DNA from: Deltaproteobacteria bacterium UBA796
GTDB lineage: Bacteria > Myxococcota_A > UBA796
DNA length: 37,520 nucleotides
Direction: 5' to 3'
NCBI GenBank assembly: GCA_002296975.1
Contig: DBIS01000230.1
Span: 1-37,520, forward strand
Shown here: piece after piece, positions 27,104 to 36,236 of the stretch
Layout: every line of letters begins with the position of its first letter
How positions within the stretch are numbered: the stretch's first letter is position 1
The notes under the pieces: model-generated
The model's database searches: none
Told to the model about the DNA's origin: nothing
The model's input: only the letters and a program-made list of their open reading frames with translations
Translations under genes and position numbers: made by a program

Positions 27104-29065
27104 TTAGGATGGCTGGAAGATGAACGGGTAGGAGACGATAACGATACCGCCGCCCTTGGGCTCGGGGAACTTGAAGCGCATAAACCGGCTGTTGATGCAC
27201 CCTTCCACGGCTTTATTATTCATGGTGGTGGTCTTGGTAGATGCCCTGGACACAGAGCCGGTCTTGGAGATAACGAATTTGACCGTGACCTTTCCGCCCA
27301 AGGATGGGTCTTTAGGCAGCTCACGCTGGTAGCAATACCGGATCTGGTTCATATGCTTCTTGATGACTGCATCGATGAGTGACTTGTCGAGGGCGCCGAG
27401 GATGATGGGGTCTCCACCGATCCGGCCGATGCCACCTTCGCCCTTCGCACCGAAGTTACCGCCGCCTGAGCCATAGCCTGAAGCGCCTGACCCTCTGCCC
27501 TTTGTGCCGAGTCCGCCGAGGCCGGCTGCTGTACCGCCGCCGCCGAGACCTGAACCACGGGCCCCAAGGCCGCCAGAGCCAATCTGTGTACCCTTGGCAC
27601 CGATGAGACCACCAATGCCGCCGGCGAGATCAGAACTGAGGTTCGCAGATCCGAAGACACCGTCGAGTTCAGCACCATCGCGGAGGGCACCGAGCACCCC
27701 TGCATTTTCAGCGACCTCTGTGTCGAGTTTCTTCTTTTGGAGTTCGACTTTATTGCCCTTGGCCTTCTCCATTTTGGCGTCTTTCTTGCCGACTTTGCCT
27801 TCTTCCTTCTTGGCCTTCGCACCTTCACCTGCGTCAGGATTGGCGTCTGGTTTGTTTTTCTCTTTTTGCGGTTCTGGTTCAGGTTGCTGAAGCAGCATCT
27901 CCACAAAACGGTCTGGGACCTCCAAAATCTCACTCTCGCTTGGGGGCGGTGAGTTGAGGAAGATGACCATAATCATGGCCAGCAAGAAGCACATAAAGGA
28001 CATCATGCCCAAGAAGATGGGGTCCTTTTGTCCACCGCCGCCCTTGGCTACCTTGGCGCCAGGAGCAACCATTTGGCTAAAAAAGATGACATGGCCCAAG
28101 TCGGCCACAACACGGGTGTCGTCGGTGAGCGGGACCTGATAAGCGCCAGGACCGTTCGGGCTTGCCTTGCCAGACTCAATCAAGTCTTGGAAGGTGTGGC
28201 GCTGATCGCCGATGTCCACGAATCCGGACCATTTGTCGGACATATTGAACAAAAAGTGGTCGCCGGCACTCTCGAACATGACGAAATCATCATGGGGGAG
28301 GTCTTCGGGGGGGACGTAAAAGTCATTGCGCCGCTCTTCTGATGCCTCAGACAAAGTCGGGGCAAGTATCCATGCAACTTTGGCGAAGCCGGGCGGGACC
28401 CAACCCATGGGAAGCCCGACAAAGCGCCATCGGTAGCCGGTTGATGAGCCAACAGGGATGTTCGGGCCGCCAGTGGGATAATGCTTGACGTCCATTACGG
28501 AGTCGGCCCAAATCTCAGCGACCTCGAGGATTTTGGCTTTTTTACGGTCGACGCCAGCGTTGCTGCTGGCTGTGCCTGAGCGCATAACGAAGGCCATGAC
28601 GTCTTCGCCGGAGTCGACGATCGACTCGCCGCCTTCGTCTTCACCGGCATTACGGTCGGGGACTTGGTCGGTCCGCTCGACATCTTCCTCGGGCCAGTCA
28701 GCTTGGGCTGCGGCCGCGGCACTTGCACCTGTGGCCTTGGCGGCGGGGAGGATGGCTAAAGCGATCGTGATCGGACCAATGGTGATGGTGTCACCGTTGG
28801 CGAGGTCCACACTGCCGTCGACGGCAGTGCCGTTTACCTTGGAGCCTGTGTCGCTTCCAAGGTCTAGCAGCTGAACTTGGCCGTCGTCTTTGACGTTGAC
28901 CACAGCGTGGAGGTCTGCGAGCGCCTCGTCGTCGATGCGCAGCATTGCAGCTGGACCACGGCCGATGGTGACGCTCTCCGCAGAAATTTCCTCGCTGCGT
29001 AGGGGAACATCTCCGTTGGAGATATCAAAAGACAGCCGAATGTTGCCGTTGGCTTCGTTCGCCAT
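27104..29065 (-). CDS. FHA-domain / single-TM / TonB-C-like (AgmX/PglI C-terminal domain) protein, GltG/NfsG-like
   Basis: 653 aa. It has an N-terminal FHA domain (TIGRG..L.IDD..L.DLHAVV...LLDLGS..GSKVNG..V..L.NGD.I.IG) and a TM helix at about aa 349-370. Next come a Pro/Glu/Lys spacer (aa ~395-446) and a Gly-rich tract (aa ~481-551). The C-terminal domain reads LDKSLIDAVIKKHMNQIRYCYQRE...VSYPFIF. Confidence 0.8.
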   Translation of the reverse strand: MANEANGNIRLSFDISNGDVPLRSEEISAESVTIGRGPAAMLRIDDEALADLHAVVNVKDDGQVQLLDLGSDTGSKVNGTAVDGSVDLANGDTITIGPITIALAILPAAKATGASAAAAAQADWPEEDVERTDQVPDRNAGEDEGGESIVDSGEDVMAFVMRSGTASSNAGVDRKKAKILEVAEIWADSVMDVKHYPTGGPNIPVGSSTGYRWRFVGLPMGWVPPGFAKVAWILAPTLSEASEERRNDFYVPPEDLPHDDFVMFESAGDHFLFNMSDKWSGFVDIGDQRHTFQDLIESGKASPNGPGAYQVPLTDDTRVVADLGHVIFFSQMVAPGAKVAKGGGGQKDPIFLGMMSFMCFLLAMIMVIFLNSPPPSESEILEVPDRFVEMLLQQPEPEPQKEKNKPDANPDAGEGAKAKKEEGKVGKKDAKMEKAKGNKVELQKKKLDTEVAENAGVLGALRDGAELDGVFGSANLSSDLAGGIGGLIGAKGTQIGSGGLGARGSGLGGGGTAAGLGGLGTKGRGSGASGYGSGGGNFGAKGEGGIGRIGGDPIILGALDKSLIDAVIKKHMNQIRYCYQRELPKDPSLGGKVTVKFVISKTGSVSRASTKTTTMNNKAVEGCINSRFMRFKFPEPKGGGIVIVSYPFIFQPS

Positions 29066-29126
29066 GATGCGTATTCCTTCGATTCATCCACGGGGTATTG
29101 ACCCGTGTTGGGGGATTCCTGCGGGT

Positions 29127-29381
29127 TTATTTGACTTCGTCGACGGATTTGTCCATCTCATCATCGAAGTCTTTCCGAATTTGAATGAGTGGGTTGAAGT
29201 TGGCGCGCTTGCGGTCGAGGAGCAATGCCCCTTGTGGCTTCACCAATTCTCCATCCACTTCAACCCCATCAAAGTCAATCTCGGTACGGGACTTGTAGAT
29301 AACTTTAGGCTCCTCACCGTCCTGCGCGAAGGCAGGAAGAGAGAGGAATGCAGCGGTTAACATCAGGCATCGTCGTGTCAT
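29127..29381 (-). CDS. Small secreted protein, 84 aa (GltF/NfsF-like by position and size)
   Basis: The track ORF was trimmed to the ATG at 29379..29381, preceded by GGAGAAATTC. It has a canonical signal peptide, MTRRCLMLTAAFLSLPAFA-QDGEE. The upstream 57 codons are Trp/Pro-rich and look non-coding. Confidence 0.6.
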   Translation of the reverse strand: MTRRCLMLTAAFLSLPAFAQDGEEPKVIYKSRTEIDFDGVEVDGELVKPQGALLLDRKRANFNPLIQIRKDFDDEMDKSVDEVK

Positions 29382-29644
29382 GAATTTCTCCGAGGGGGTC
29401 GGCAGCTTTAGAGAACAAGTCTCGGGGGCTACCGCTGTGGGCTGTGTTGCCCAGGGGGTGATGATAAAAACCATGACCCACCATGTCCAGTTTGCCTTCT
29501 TAGGGCCGTTTGGACAACGAAAGATGGGCAAAGAGGCTGTCAAAAGGACCATGTAAAAAATGTTTCTTGATTTTATGGGATGAAAGCGGCCGTTCTACCG
29601 CCACTTAAAGCGGACGGGTCTTTGGTGCTTGTGGGGGTAAAACG

Positions 29645-29685
29645 AAAGCCGCCGAGGATGGCTTACACCCTCGGCGGCTTTTTTT
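29645..29685. terminator. Strong hairpin terminator inside the Glt/Nfs-like cluster, between the E-like and F-like genes
   Basis: A 13-bp perfect stem pairs AAAGCCGCCGAGG (29645..29657) with CCTCGGCGGCTTT (29669..29681) around an 11-nt loop. On the plus strand it is followed by T7. On the minus strand it is followed by UUUCGUUUU and sits 24 nt after the E-like stop. Confidence 0.7.
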
Positions 29686-29708
29686 AATCTGAACGATCGT
29701 GACGGGAG

Positions 29709-31190
29709 CTATTCTGTGGCTTCGGCCGGTGCCGCTTCAGCCGGTGCCGCCTCAGCAGGTGCCGCTTCAGCAGGTGCCGCAGCAGCTTTTGCCGAAAACT
29801 CGTCGTCGCAGAATGCGGTGTTGCTTTGCAGTTGAGGCAAGAGGTCGTCCATAAAGGTCATGACGTCTGCGGCCATGTCAATCTCTTCGGCCTCGACGAC
29901 CATTTGGGCCTGCTCTAGAACCATTTGCCCCATGTCGATGCCGCCCATCTCAATCATCAGTTCGCAACTGCCATATTTGGTCAACAGCGCATCCAATGAG
30001 GCGACCTTAACTTTGAGGTCCTCGAAGACTTTTCTCTGGCGCTTCTTCCGTTCTTCGGCTTCTTGCTTGCGGCGATTCGCCTCTGCCTTTTTGGCAGTCT
30101 CAGCATCGATGGCTTTTTGCACCAATGCTTTCCGTTCGAAGACGGGGTGGCCGGGGTCGATTTGGCCTTGAAAGGCGGCAACGTAGGCGTCGAGGTACTT
30201 GGATGCCTTCTTGAAGTTTTTGGTGTACTTTCGGTGCAGGGTTGCTGCATTAAAGTAGGCGGCCTCATTTTTGGGATCTGCAGCGATGACTTCGTCGTAG
30301 AGCTTGCCCGCGGCTTCGAAGTCCTTTTTACCTCTTAAGCTGACGGCCAGGCCAAGTTTACCCGCGATGTTTCCGGGCTCTGAGCTCGCGACAGCGGAGA
30401 AGGACTTGAAGCCCAACTCATAATCGCCAGAGTCGATGGCCAAATATCCCAAGTTAAGATTGGCGGGCACATTCGCGGGGTCTAGCTTGGTGGCGGTCTT
30501 GAATTCACTGATGGCGGCTTGCTTGTCGCCCATCACCAAAAAGGTGACACCAATATTGTTGTAGATTCCAGAGTCTCCCTTCGCGAGGGTCTTGGCCTTT
30601 TCAGCACAGAGTTGGCTCATCTCGAGCTTGCCCATCTTGAAGTAAATCCGGGAGAGGTTTCGGTATGCGCCAACATTAGTGTTGTCTGCACGCAGTATGA
30701 CCCGGATATTATCGAGTGCCTCTTCGTACGCCTGGGCGCCTGTCAGTGCCTCGACCAAATTGTTTCGGACGGCGATGTCGTCTGGCGTCTTCTGAAGATA
30801 ATCTTTATAAAGTTCGGCGGCCTCGGCACCTTTGCCCAACTCGGTGAGCACGATGCCCAGGCTGAATAGTGCGTTGCTGTAGCCAGGGCTCAGGTTGAGC
30901 GCTGTACGGTAATGCTGGGCAGCTTTTGCTTTGAACCCTTGCTGTTCAGCTGTCCACCCTGCGTTGTACTGGGCCTTTGCACGCCCAGGATCGGCGGTGA
31001 TGGATGCCTCGAACATGGTGTATGCCGCACCAAAATCTGCAGCGCTACCCTCGGGTGCGCTTTGGAGAAGTCGGACTCCTTCATTGAAGGTGTCCACGGG
31101 GCTGGTGAGGTCGGGCCCCTTTTTAGGGCAGCCCATGAGCGAGGCTGCAAGGACCAAGGCGATTGATGTGTTGCTGAACATGGTTTGCAT
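29709..31190 (-). CDS. TPR-repeat lipoprotein (GltE/AglT / NfsE-like)
   Basis: 493 aa with lipobox ASLMGC and multiple TPR-like repeats. It also has a basic coiled segment (AETAKKAEANRRKQEAEERKKRQRK) and a C-terminal (PAEAA)x4 tail. It begins 4 nt after the D-like gene stop. Confidence 0.7.
   Translation of the reverse strand: MQTMFSNTSIALVLAASLMGCPKKGPDLTSPVDTFNEGVRLLQSAPEGSAADFGAAYTMFEASITADPGRAKAQYNAGWTAEQQGFKAKAAQHYRTALNLSPGYSNALFSLGIVLTELGKGAEAAELYKDYLQKTPDDIAVRNNLVEALTGAQAYEEALDNIRVILRADNTNVGAYRNLSRIYFKMGKLEMSQLCAEKAKTLAKGDSGIYNNIGVTFLVMGDKQAAISEFKTATKLDPANVPANLNLGYLAIDSGDYELGFKSFSAVASSEPGNIAGKLGLAVSLRGKKDFEAAGKLYDEVIAADPKNEAAYFNAATLHRKYTKNFKKASKYLDAYVAAFQGQIDPGHPVFERKALVQKAIDAETAKKAEANRRKQEAEERKKRQRKVFEDLKVKVASLDALLTKYGSCELMIEMGGIDMGQMVLEQAQMVVEAEEIDMAADVMTFMDDLLPQLQSNTAFCDDEFSAKAAAAPAEAAPAEAAPAEAAPAEATE
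29718..29774 (-). repeat. 15-nt in-frame tandem repeat, about 3.8 copies, encoding (PAEAA)n
   Basis: The plus strand reads ggc ttc ggc cgg tgc cgc ttc agc cgg tgc cgc ctc agc agg tgc cgc ttc agc agg. This encodes APAEAAPAEAAPAEAAPAEA at the extreme C-terminus of the E-like lipoprotein. Confidence 0.85.
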
Positions 31191-31194
31191 CCTC

Positions 31195-34100
31195 TTACAG
31201 GTTGGGCTCGAAGGTGGATTCGACGACCGCGGTCGATGTGAATCGCGGTGTGATCAGGTCTTCTGAGAGCCCTGGGTAGTCGTGAGGTCTAAGAACACCG
31301 AGCGCCCGAACAGCGAGGGCGGTGTTCTTGTTGTAGAGGTTGAGCTCGTAGGACTTACCCAAGGCTTGGGAGTAGGCTTGGACCGCCTTCTCCTCGTTGG
31401 GGTATGCCTTGTCCTCTAGACCCATCCGGTAAATTTCTACCTGTTCCTCGGTGAGTGAAGGCGGGGCGTAGGCACTGCGCAAGGTCTGAGCGAGGTTTTC
31501 ATAAAGCCCACCAAGGTCGACCAATGCTGCGAGCCCGTATTCACCGGCCCCGAGTCGAATGATGTCGATGTACGAGGCCTCGATGGCCTGGACGGCCTTG
31601 GCCTTGGCGATGAGTTGCCCCGTGAGGATTTCAGTCTCCTTCTTTGTGTTGACCGGTCGATCTGGACCGCTGATGTCCAAGGCCAACGCAGCCTCCAGTT
31701 TGGGTTTGGCGAGCTTCATCATGACTTGCGCTGCAAACTCGGTCGCCAGGCCCATTTCAGCCCCGCTGGCCTTCACGGCATCATACTCGGACACCAGTTT
31801 TTTCCAATGAGACTGAGCTGAGCGCTTCTGTTCTTCAAGCGCCAGCCCATATTGGAGCTTGGCGAAGAAAATTTGCTCCGTGGTTTTACCCTCGGGTGAG
31901 GAAGCATAGCCCTGGTAGATTTTTGCAGCTTCAGCCCACTTGCCGTGTTTCTCCAAAATCTTACCGATGGTGAGCTTCACATCAGAGATACGCTCGTCCT
32001 TGGGGTAGGTTTTGATGAAGAGTTGGTAGTTTTTGATGGCCTGGGTGGGGTGGCCCATGGCCGCCTGAAAAAGGGCGGCGGAGTAGATGGCCTCTTTGGA
32101 GCTACTGTGCTTGGTGTCCAAACCAAATAGCTGTTCATAATAGGACGCAGCGCTCGCAAAGTCGGCGATGTTTTCGTAGTCGAAGCCCAAGTTTGCGATG
32201 GTGTCTTTATAATATTTGCTTTTGGGGAAGTCCGTGACCAAGGTCAGGCGGGTGTCCATCGCCTGTTGGGGCATCTTTTCCTGGTGGTAGTAAACAGCGG
32301 CGTTGTTGAGCGCTGTGTCGGCCACTTCGGACTCGGGGAACTCTGCATAGAAGGCCATGAATGAGCCGGCTGCAGCGACGCTATTTTTGTCTTTCCCAAG
32401 GTTGATTTCGATCAGTTTGAAAGAGGCACGTTCATAAACATTGTATACGGACTTCTTGAAGGTGGCCCGGCCCAGTCCCTGTTGGTCATAAAAAGCCTTC
32501 GCGACCTCTTTGAGGTTTTGCCAGTCTTCGACAAGGTTGAAGGAGTCGAGGATAAGGTTGGCTGCTTGTTCAGCCTCTTTCGACTTGGGGTTCATGTTGA
32601 TGACTGTCCGGAAACGGTCAGATGCCTCTTTGAACTGGTTCTTGTGGTACAGCAAGTAGGCCGATTTATAGATGACGTTTCGTGTATTTTTGTCGTCAGG
32701 AAAAATGCGGGACCATTGGTCGCATGCTGCCAATGACTTGCTCTCCCAGTCGACCAATTCCATGCGTTGAGTCTTGGTCTCAGGTTTTGGAATGCGGCCA
32801 GCCCGTTTTTCGCTTGCAACCATCTTGTCGGCAGCGAATATGGCGGACTCTGCACAGAAGCGTGAGTGTTTGCCCTTGGGGTCGATGCTGACCACCTTCA
32901 TGTATTGGACATAGGCTTGGTCATACTTTTTAAGCTTGTAAAGCAGCTCGCCAAAGGCGTAGCGCATATCGTAGCTGTATTTGGATGTCGGGAACTCCGC
33001 GATGTAGACAGTGTATGCCCGCTCAGCGAGGCTGTAGGACTCCCTGGCGCTGCGCCCTGTGCCTAGTTTTTTCGCATCGCTGTGGTAGTTGATGGCCACA
33101 GTCCGAAGGCTCTTTTCGATGTATCGGGTGGCCTCATTGATGGCGTCTTGGTCTGCGGAGTTGGCCCGGGCCCAAGCGGAGCTCTTGCCGTAGTTGTCCA
33201 ATAAGCGCTTGATTTCGTTGAGCGTGTCCTTTTTCCGGCCAATTTTCTGATAGGCAAGGATGATCTCGTTTTGGTAATCTGGAGCCTTCGGGCTTTGGGG
33301 GTCTTCTGCAACTAGCCGCCGATAGGTTTGGATGCATTGCTCGAATTTACCTTGTTCGAAATACATGCTCGCCAGGCGCGAGAGCATTTTACGAATGAGG
33401 TCGGTCTTGCCAAGCTTCGTGAAGTATCCATAGGCTTCGTCCATCTCGCCAGCGTCTGCGAAGAAGCGAACCAGGTCCTTGAGTGCCTCGTCTTGGAGGG
33501 TGAGTTGGGATTTTTTCCCGCCATTTTGCTGGGCAGCCATAGAGAAGGCGACAACCGACTTCATGGTGTCGATTCCCTTGCCGAACTCGCCAACATTATA
33601 ATAGCACCACGCCAATTTATATAGGGCAAAGGCGTATTTTGTTGAGTTCTTGTACTTGGTGGCCTTTTGGTAGGCAAGCAGCGCCTTGTAGGCGTTGTTC
33701 TTGTCGAAATAGTACTCACCAATCATGACATAGGCGTCTGCGGTGTACCGGCTTTGTGGGTAGCTTCGGACCAGCTTGGTGAACTCCTTGACTGCGTCAT
33801 CAGCCCGGTCAGTATCTTGAAGCGCGGAGGCCAAATAGAATGTGGCCTCGTCTGCCCGGCGGTATTGAGGGTAGCTTCGCAGGATGTTTCGGTACAATTT
33901 GATGGACTTGTTTTGCCAGACCATTGAGCCGTCATTGTCGGCGATCATATTTTCTGTGGAGCAGCCTGGGGTGTTGAAACAATTGTCGAACTGGGTTCGA
34001 AAGGCGCCCATTTCGTTGAGGTAAACGTCTCGACCTTCTTCAAAAAAGAGGTCGGCCAGACGAAGGAGCATCTCTGCCTTCTGCTCGCCCCGAGGCGGGT

Positions 34101-34323
34101 TATTTCGCAGGAGATCTTTTAGGAAGTTGATGGACTCATGGCGTTTTTCTCTCGCTTTTTGGCGATAGAATTCAGATTGTGTCTCGACACCGACATCGTC
34201 GAGCTTGAGTACCCGACGTTTGTCATCATCTTTGGCCCATGCTGAACCAATGGTGAGGGCGAACAGGGCCACGATTGTAGGTATACGCATCATTTTGCTT
34301 CTCTCTCGTATGGGTGGGGGCAT
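31195..34323 (-). CDS. Large TPR-rich secreted/periplasmic protein (GltD/AgmU / NfsD-like)
   Basis: 1042 aa with TPR-like helical repeats throughout (Tyr/Lys/Ala-rich A-Y-x-x-A patterns). The likely true start is ATGATG at 34293/34290, giving signal peptide MMRIPTIVALFALTIGSAWA. Confidence 0.7.
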   Translation of the reverse strand: MPPPIRERSKMMRIPTIVALFALTIGSAWAKDDDKRRVLKLDDVGVETQSEFYRQKAREKRHESINFLKDLLRNNPPRGEQKAEMLLRLADLFFEEGRDVYLNEMGAFRTQFDNCFNTPGCSTENMIADNDGSMVWQNKSIKLYRNILRSYPQYRRADEATFYLASALQDTDRADDAVKEFTKLVRSYPQSRYTADAYVMIGEYYFDKNNAYKALLAYQKATKYKNSTKYAFALYKLAWCYYNVGEFGKGIDTMKSVVAFSMAAQQNGGKKSQLTLQDEALKDLVRFFADAGEMDEAYGYFTKLGKTDLIRKMLSRLASMYFEQGKFEQCIQTYRRLVAEDPQSPKAPDYQNEIILAYQKIGRKKDTLNEIKRLLDNYGKSSAWARANSADQDAINEATRYIEKSLRTVAINYHSDAKKLGTGRSARESYSLAERAYTVYIAEFPTSKYSYDMRYAFGELLYKLKKYDQAYVQYMKVVSIDPKGKHSRFCAESAIFAADKMVASEKRAGRIPKPETKTQRMELVDWESKSLAACDQWSRIFPDDKNTRNVIYKSAYLLYHKNQFKEASDRFRTVINMNPKSKEAEQAANLILDSFNLVEDWQNLKEVAKAFYDQQGLGRATFKKSVYNVYERASFKLIEINLGKDKNSVAAAGSFMAFYAEFPESEVADTALNNAAVYYHQEKMPQQAMDTRLTLVTDFPKSKYYKDTIANLGFDYENIADFASAASYYEQLFGLDTKHSSSKEAIYSAALFQAAMGHPTQAIKNYQLFIKTYPKDERISDVKLTIGKILEKHGKWAEAAKIYQGYASSPEGKTTEQIFFAKLQYGLALEEQKRSAQSHWKKLVSEYDAVKASGAEMGLATEFAAQVMMKLAKPKLEAALALDISGPDRPVNTKKETEILTGQLIAKAKAVQAIEASYIDIIRLGAGEYGLAALVDLGGLYENLAQTLRSAYAPPSLTEEQVEIYRMGLEDKAYPNEEKAVQAYSQALGKSYELNLYNKNTALAVRALGVLRPHDYPGLSEDLITPRFTSTAVVESTFEPNL

Positions 34324-34337
34324 GCCCCAAAAAAGCT

Positions 34338-36224
34338 CTACTTGCAGGAACCCTGCTCGGTGTAGTGGTAGTAGCCGAGTTCATCTCGCCAGAACTCGCC
34401 GTTGAATGGCCAGTAAATAAAGTCCGTCGCTGTTGCGAAGTCCAAGTCGACTTGGCCTGAAAGGTTTGCCAAATCGGGGTTTTGGAATTTGTATTGGTAG
34501 TCAACCCGCTGGGCATCGATGACCTCAAAGCGGACCATCTCAGAGTTTGAAAGCAGGTCCTGCAGGTTGTTGGCCCACTGTGCCATTTCGGCAAGCATAA
34601 AGCGGCCGGCGCGTCGCTTGAGTTTGGACCTGTCCTTTTCGATGACCTTCTTCAGGAGCGCCCCAACGGTGTCTCTCCACTCGGCCTTCTGACGGTTGAT
34701 GAGGTCGATCTCGTCATCGAGTAGGTCGAGGTGGGAGACGATGCCCGCGATGTCTCGGTTACGAAGTAGCTTTGTGAAGAAGCGTGTCGGGATTTGTGTC
34801 TCGACTGCGGAAGGACCAAAATAGGTATCCCAAGCTTGTTCGGCCATTTTGAGCTGCTCTTTGGATGCATAGCCCTTCACAAAGGTCTTCAACTCTTGTT
34901 GGATTGGGCGGGTTTCACCCTCGAAACCGAGTAAAATCCGGTTGACCTCTTTGTATTCACACAAGTTGAAGAAGGTGAGCGCCCGAAGATAGTCGACCTC
35001 TGGGATGAAATCCTGAGTGTTAAAGAAGGGGCTTCGGATGGTTAGCAACTGACCCAGCGTGTGGTTCAAGTTGTTCTGCATAAAGTTGGCCCAAGCACCG
35101 GAGAAAAGAGATTCTGGCCAGGTGGATGAGTCGTGGTCGACGAGATCAAAATATTTTGATGCGTTGTCAAAGCGCTCGATTTTGTAGTACATCCGCCCAA
35201 TGTTCATGAGGGCCATGTTGACCAAACTCTTTTGCGCTGCGAGTTCTGCCTTGTTTTTGGCCTCTAATGGGTGGCGTACCACATCCATAAAGGCACGCTT
35301 AGCGCTCTTATATTTGGCCTGCTTGTAGTAGGTGATGGCCTCGAGGTAGCGGGCCTGTCTGTACAAATTGGACTTGCTGGAGATTTGGCCGAAGAACTTC
35401 CGCGCCTCATTGAGGTCGCTGCCTGCGAAGCTGCGAAGGCCCATCAAATAGAACATCTTGTTTTTTGAGCCCCGAGGATAGGACTCGACAGGGACCTTGG
35501 GCGCGATCTTGAGGATCTCAGTTTCGTCACCGGTAAATCGGGCCATCCGCACCAATTTTGGCAGGGCGTACTTGAAGTAAGCGGTGTTAGGGCCCTTGTT
35601 GACCACCTTTAAAAAGAAGTACTGCGCGGTGTGGTACATCTCGAGCTGTTCTAAGCTCCGCGCGAGGTAATATTTGATTTGCGTGTCTTGGTCAGGATAG
35701 TTTCCGCTCCTGAGCAAGTCGTAAAATCGTAAAGATGCGCTGAGGGTCTTTTTGTTCCGCATCAAGCGGACGGCCTCTTTGACGGCGTCTGGGCTTGCTG
35801 CGGCCGATTCGGGGCTGCCGCCTGCGCTGTCGTCTTCGAGTGTACGGACTGTTGAGGCCCGAGCGCCGATCAGATCAGAGGCGGCGTCGATACCGCTTGG
35901 GGCCGCGGTGGGGGCATCGGTGTAAACAGGAACGGCTGGCTGAGCGGCGCCGGTCATGGTGCGGGCAATGGCCAAAACTGCAGCAGGTGCGCCGGCTTGG
36001 GTCAAGCAGCTGATATCTGAGGCGGTGTACTGTGCACCGGAGTCGCGGACTGCGCTGGCCACGATGTTAGCGGGCACGCCGGCGGCGAGCATGCTGGCCA
36101 CTTCTTGGCATGGGATGGCCTGAGCGGCGGTGGAGAACAGGGCGAGGGCGATGGCTGTGATGGGAGCGAGTGCGCGCTTCATGAGCTTGGGACCTCGGGG
36201 TGAAGTGTGTTGAACTGACTTCAT
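34338..36224 (-). CDS. TPR-rich periplasmic protein (GltC/NfsC-like)
   Basis: 628 aa. The signal peptide MKRALAPITAIALALFSTAAQA fits an alternative start at 36182. A small Cys-pair N-terminal module and an Ala/Pro linker precede a helical-repeat body. Confidence 0.65.
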   Translation of the reverse strand: MKSVQHTSPRGPKLMKRALAPITAIALALFSTAAQAIPCQEVASMLAAGVPANIVASAVRDSGAQYTASDISCLTQAGAPAAVLAIARTMTGAAQPAVPVYTDAPTAAPSGIDAASDLIGARASTVRTLEDDSAGGSPESAAASPDAVKEAVRLMRNKKTLSASLRFYDLLRSGNYPDQDTQIKYYLARSLEQLEMYHTAQYFFLKVVNKGPNTAYFKYALPKLVRMARFTGDETEILKIAPKVPVESYPRGSKNKMFYLMGLRSFAGSDLNEARKFFGQISSKSNLYRQARYLEAITYYKQAKYKSAKRAFMDVVRHPLEAKNKAELAAQKSLVNMALMNIGRMYYKIERFDNASKYFDLVDHDSSTWPESLFSGAWANFMQNNLNHTLGQLLTIRSPFFNTQDFIPEVDYLRALTFFNLCEYKEVNRILLGFEGETRPIQQELKTFVKGYASKEQLKMAEQAWDTYFGPSAVETQIPTRFFTKLLRNRDIAGIVSHLDLLDDEIDLINRQKAEWRDTVGALLKKVIEKDRSKLKRRAGRFMLAEMAQWANNLQDLLSNSEMVRFEVIDAQRVDYQYKFQNPDLANLSGQVDLDFATATDFIYWPFNGEFWRDELGYYHYTEQGSCK

Positions 36225-36236
36225 GTCGTCACCACC

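Noticed and set aside
27413-27625. A repetitive-looking Gly-rich region, considered as a DNA tandem repeat or CRISPR-like array.
   Set aside because: It is low-complexity at the protein level (GGLG/GSG-type) inside a continuous ORF. There is no regular DNA period and no repeat-spacer structure.
29382-29552. The upstream extension of the F-like ORF (MVLLTASLPIFRCPNGPKKANWTWW...), considered as a possible 141-aa protein.
   Set aside because: The extension is Trp/Pro-rich with no RBS. The internal ATG has a GGAG RBS and is followed immediately by a canonical cleavable signal peptide.
29382-29644. A possible c-di-GMP or other riboswitch in the long leader of the F/G/H-like genes (a GGCAAAC element on the minus strand caught my eye).
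   Set aside because: The other conserved GEMM-I elements, such as the ACGCAAAGC-type segment and the paired tetraloop/receptor helices, are not visible. It cannot be supported without a covariance-model search.
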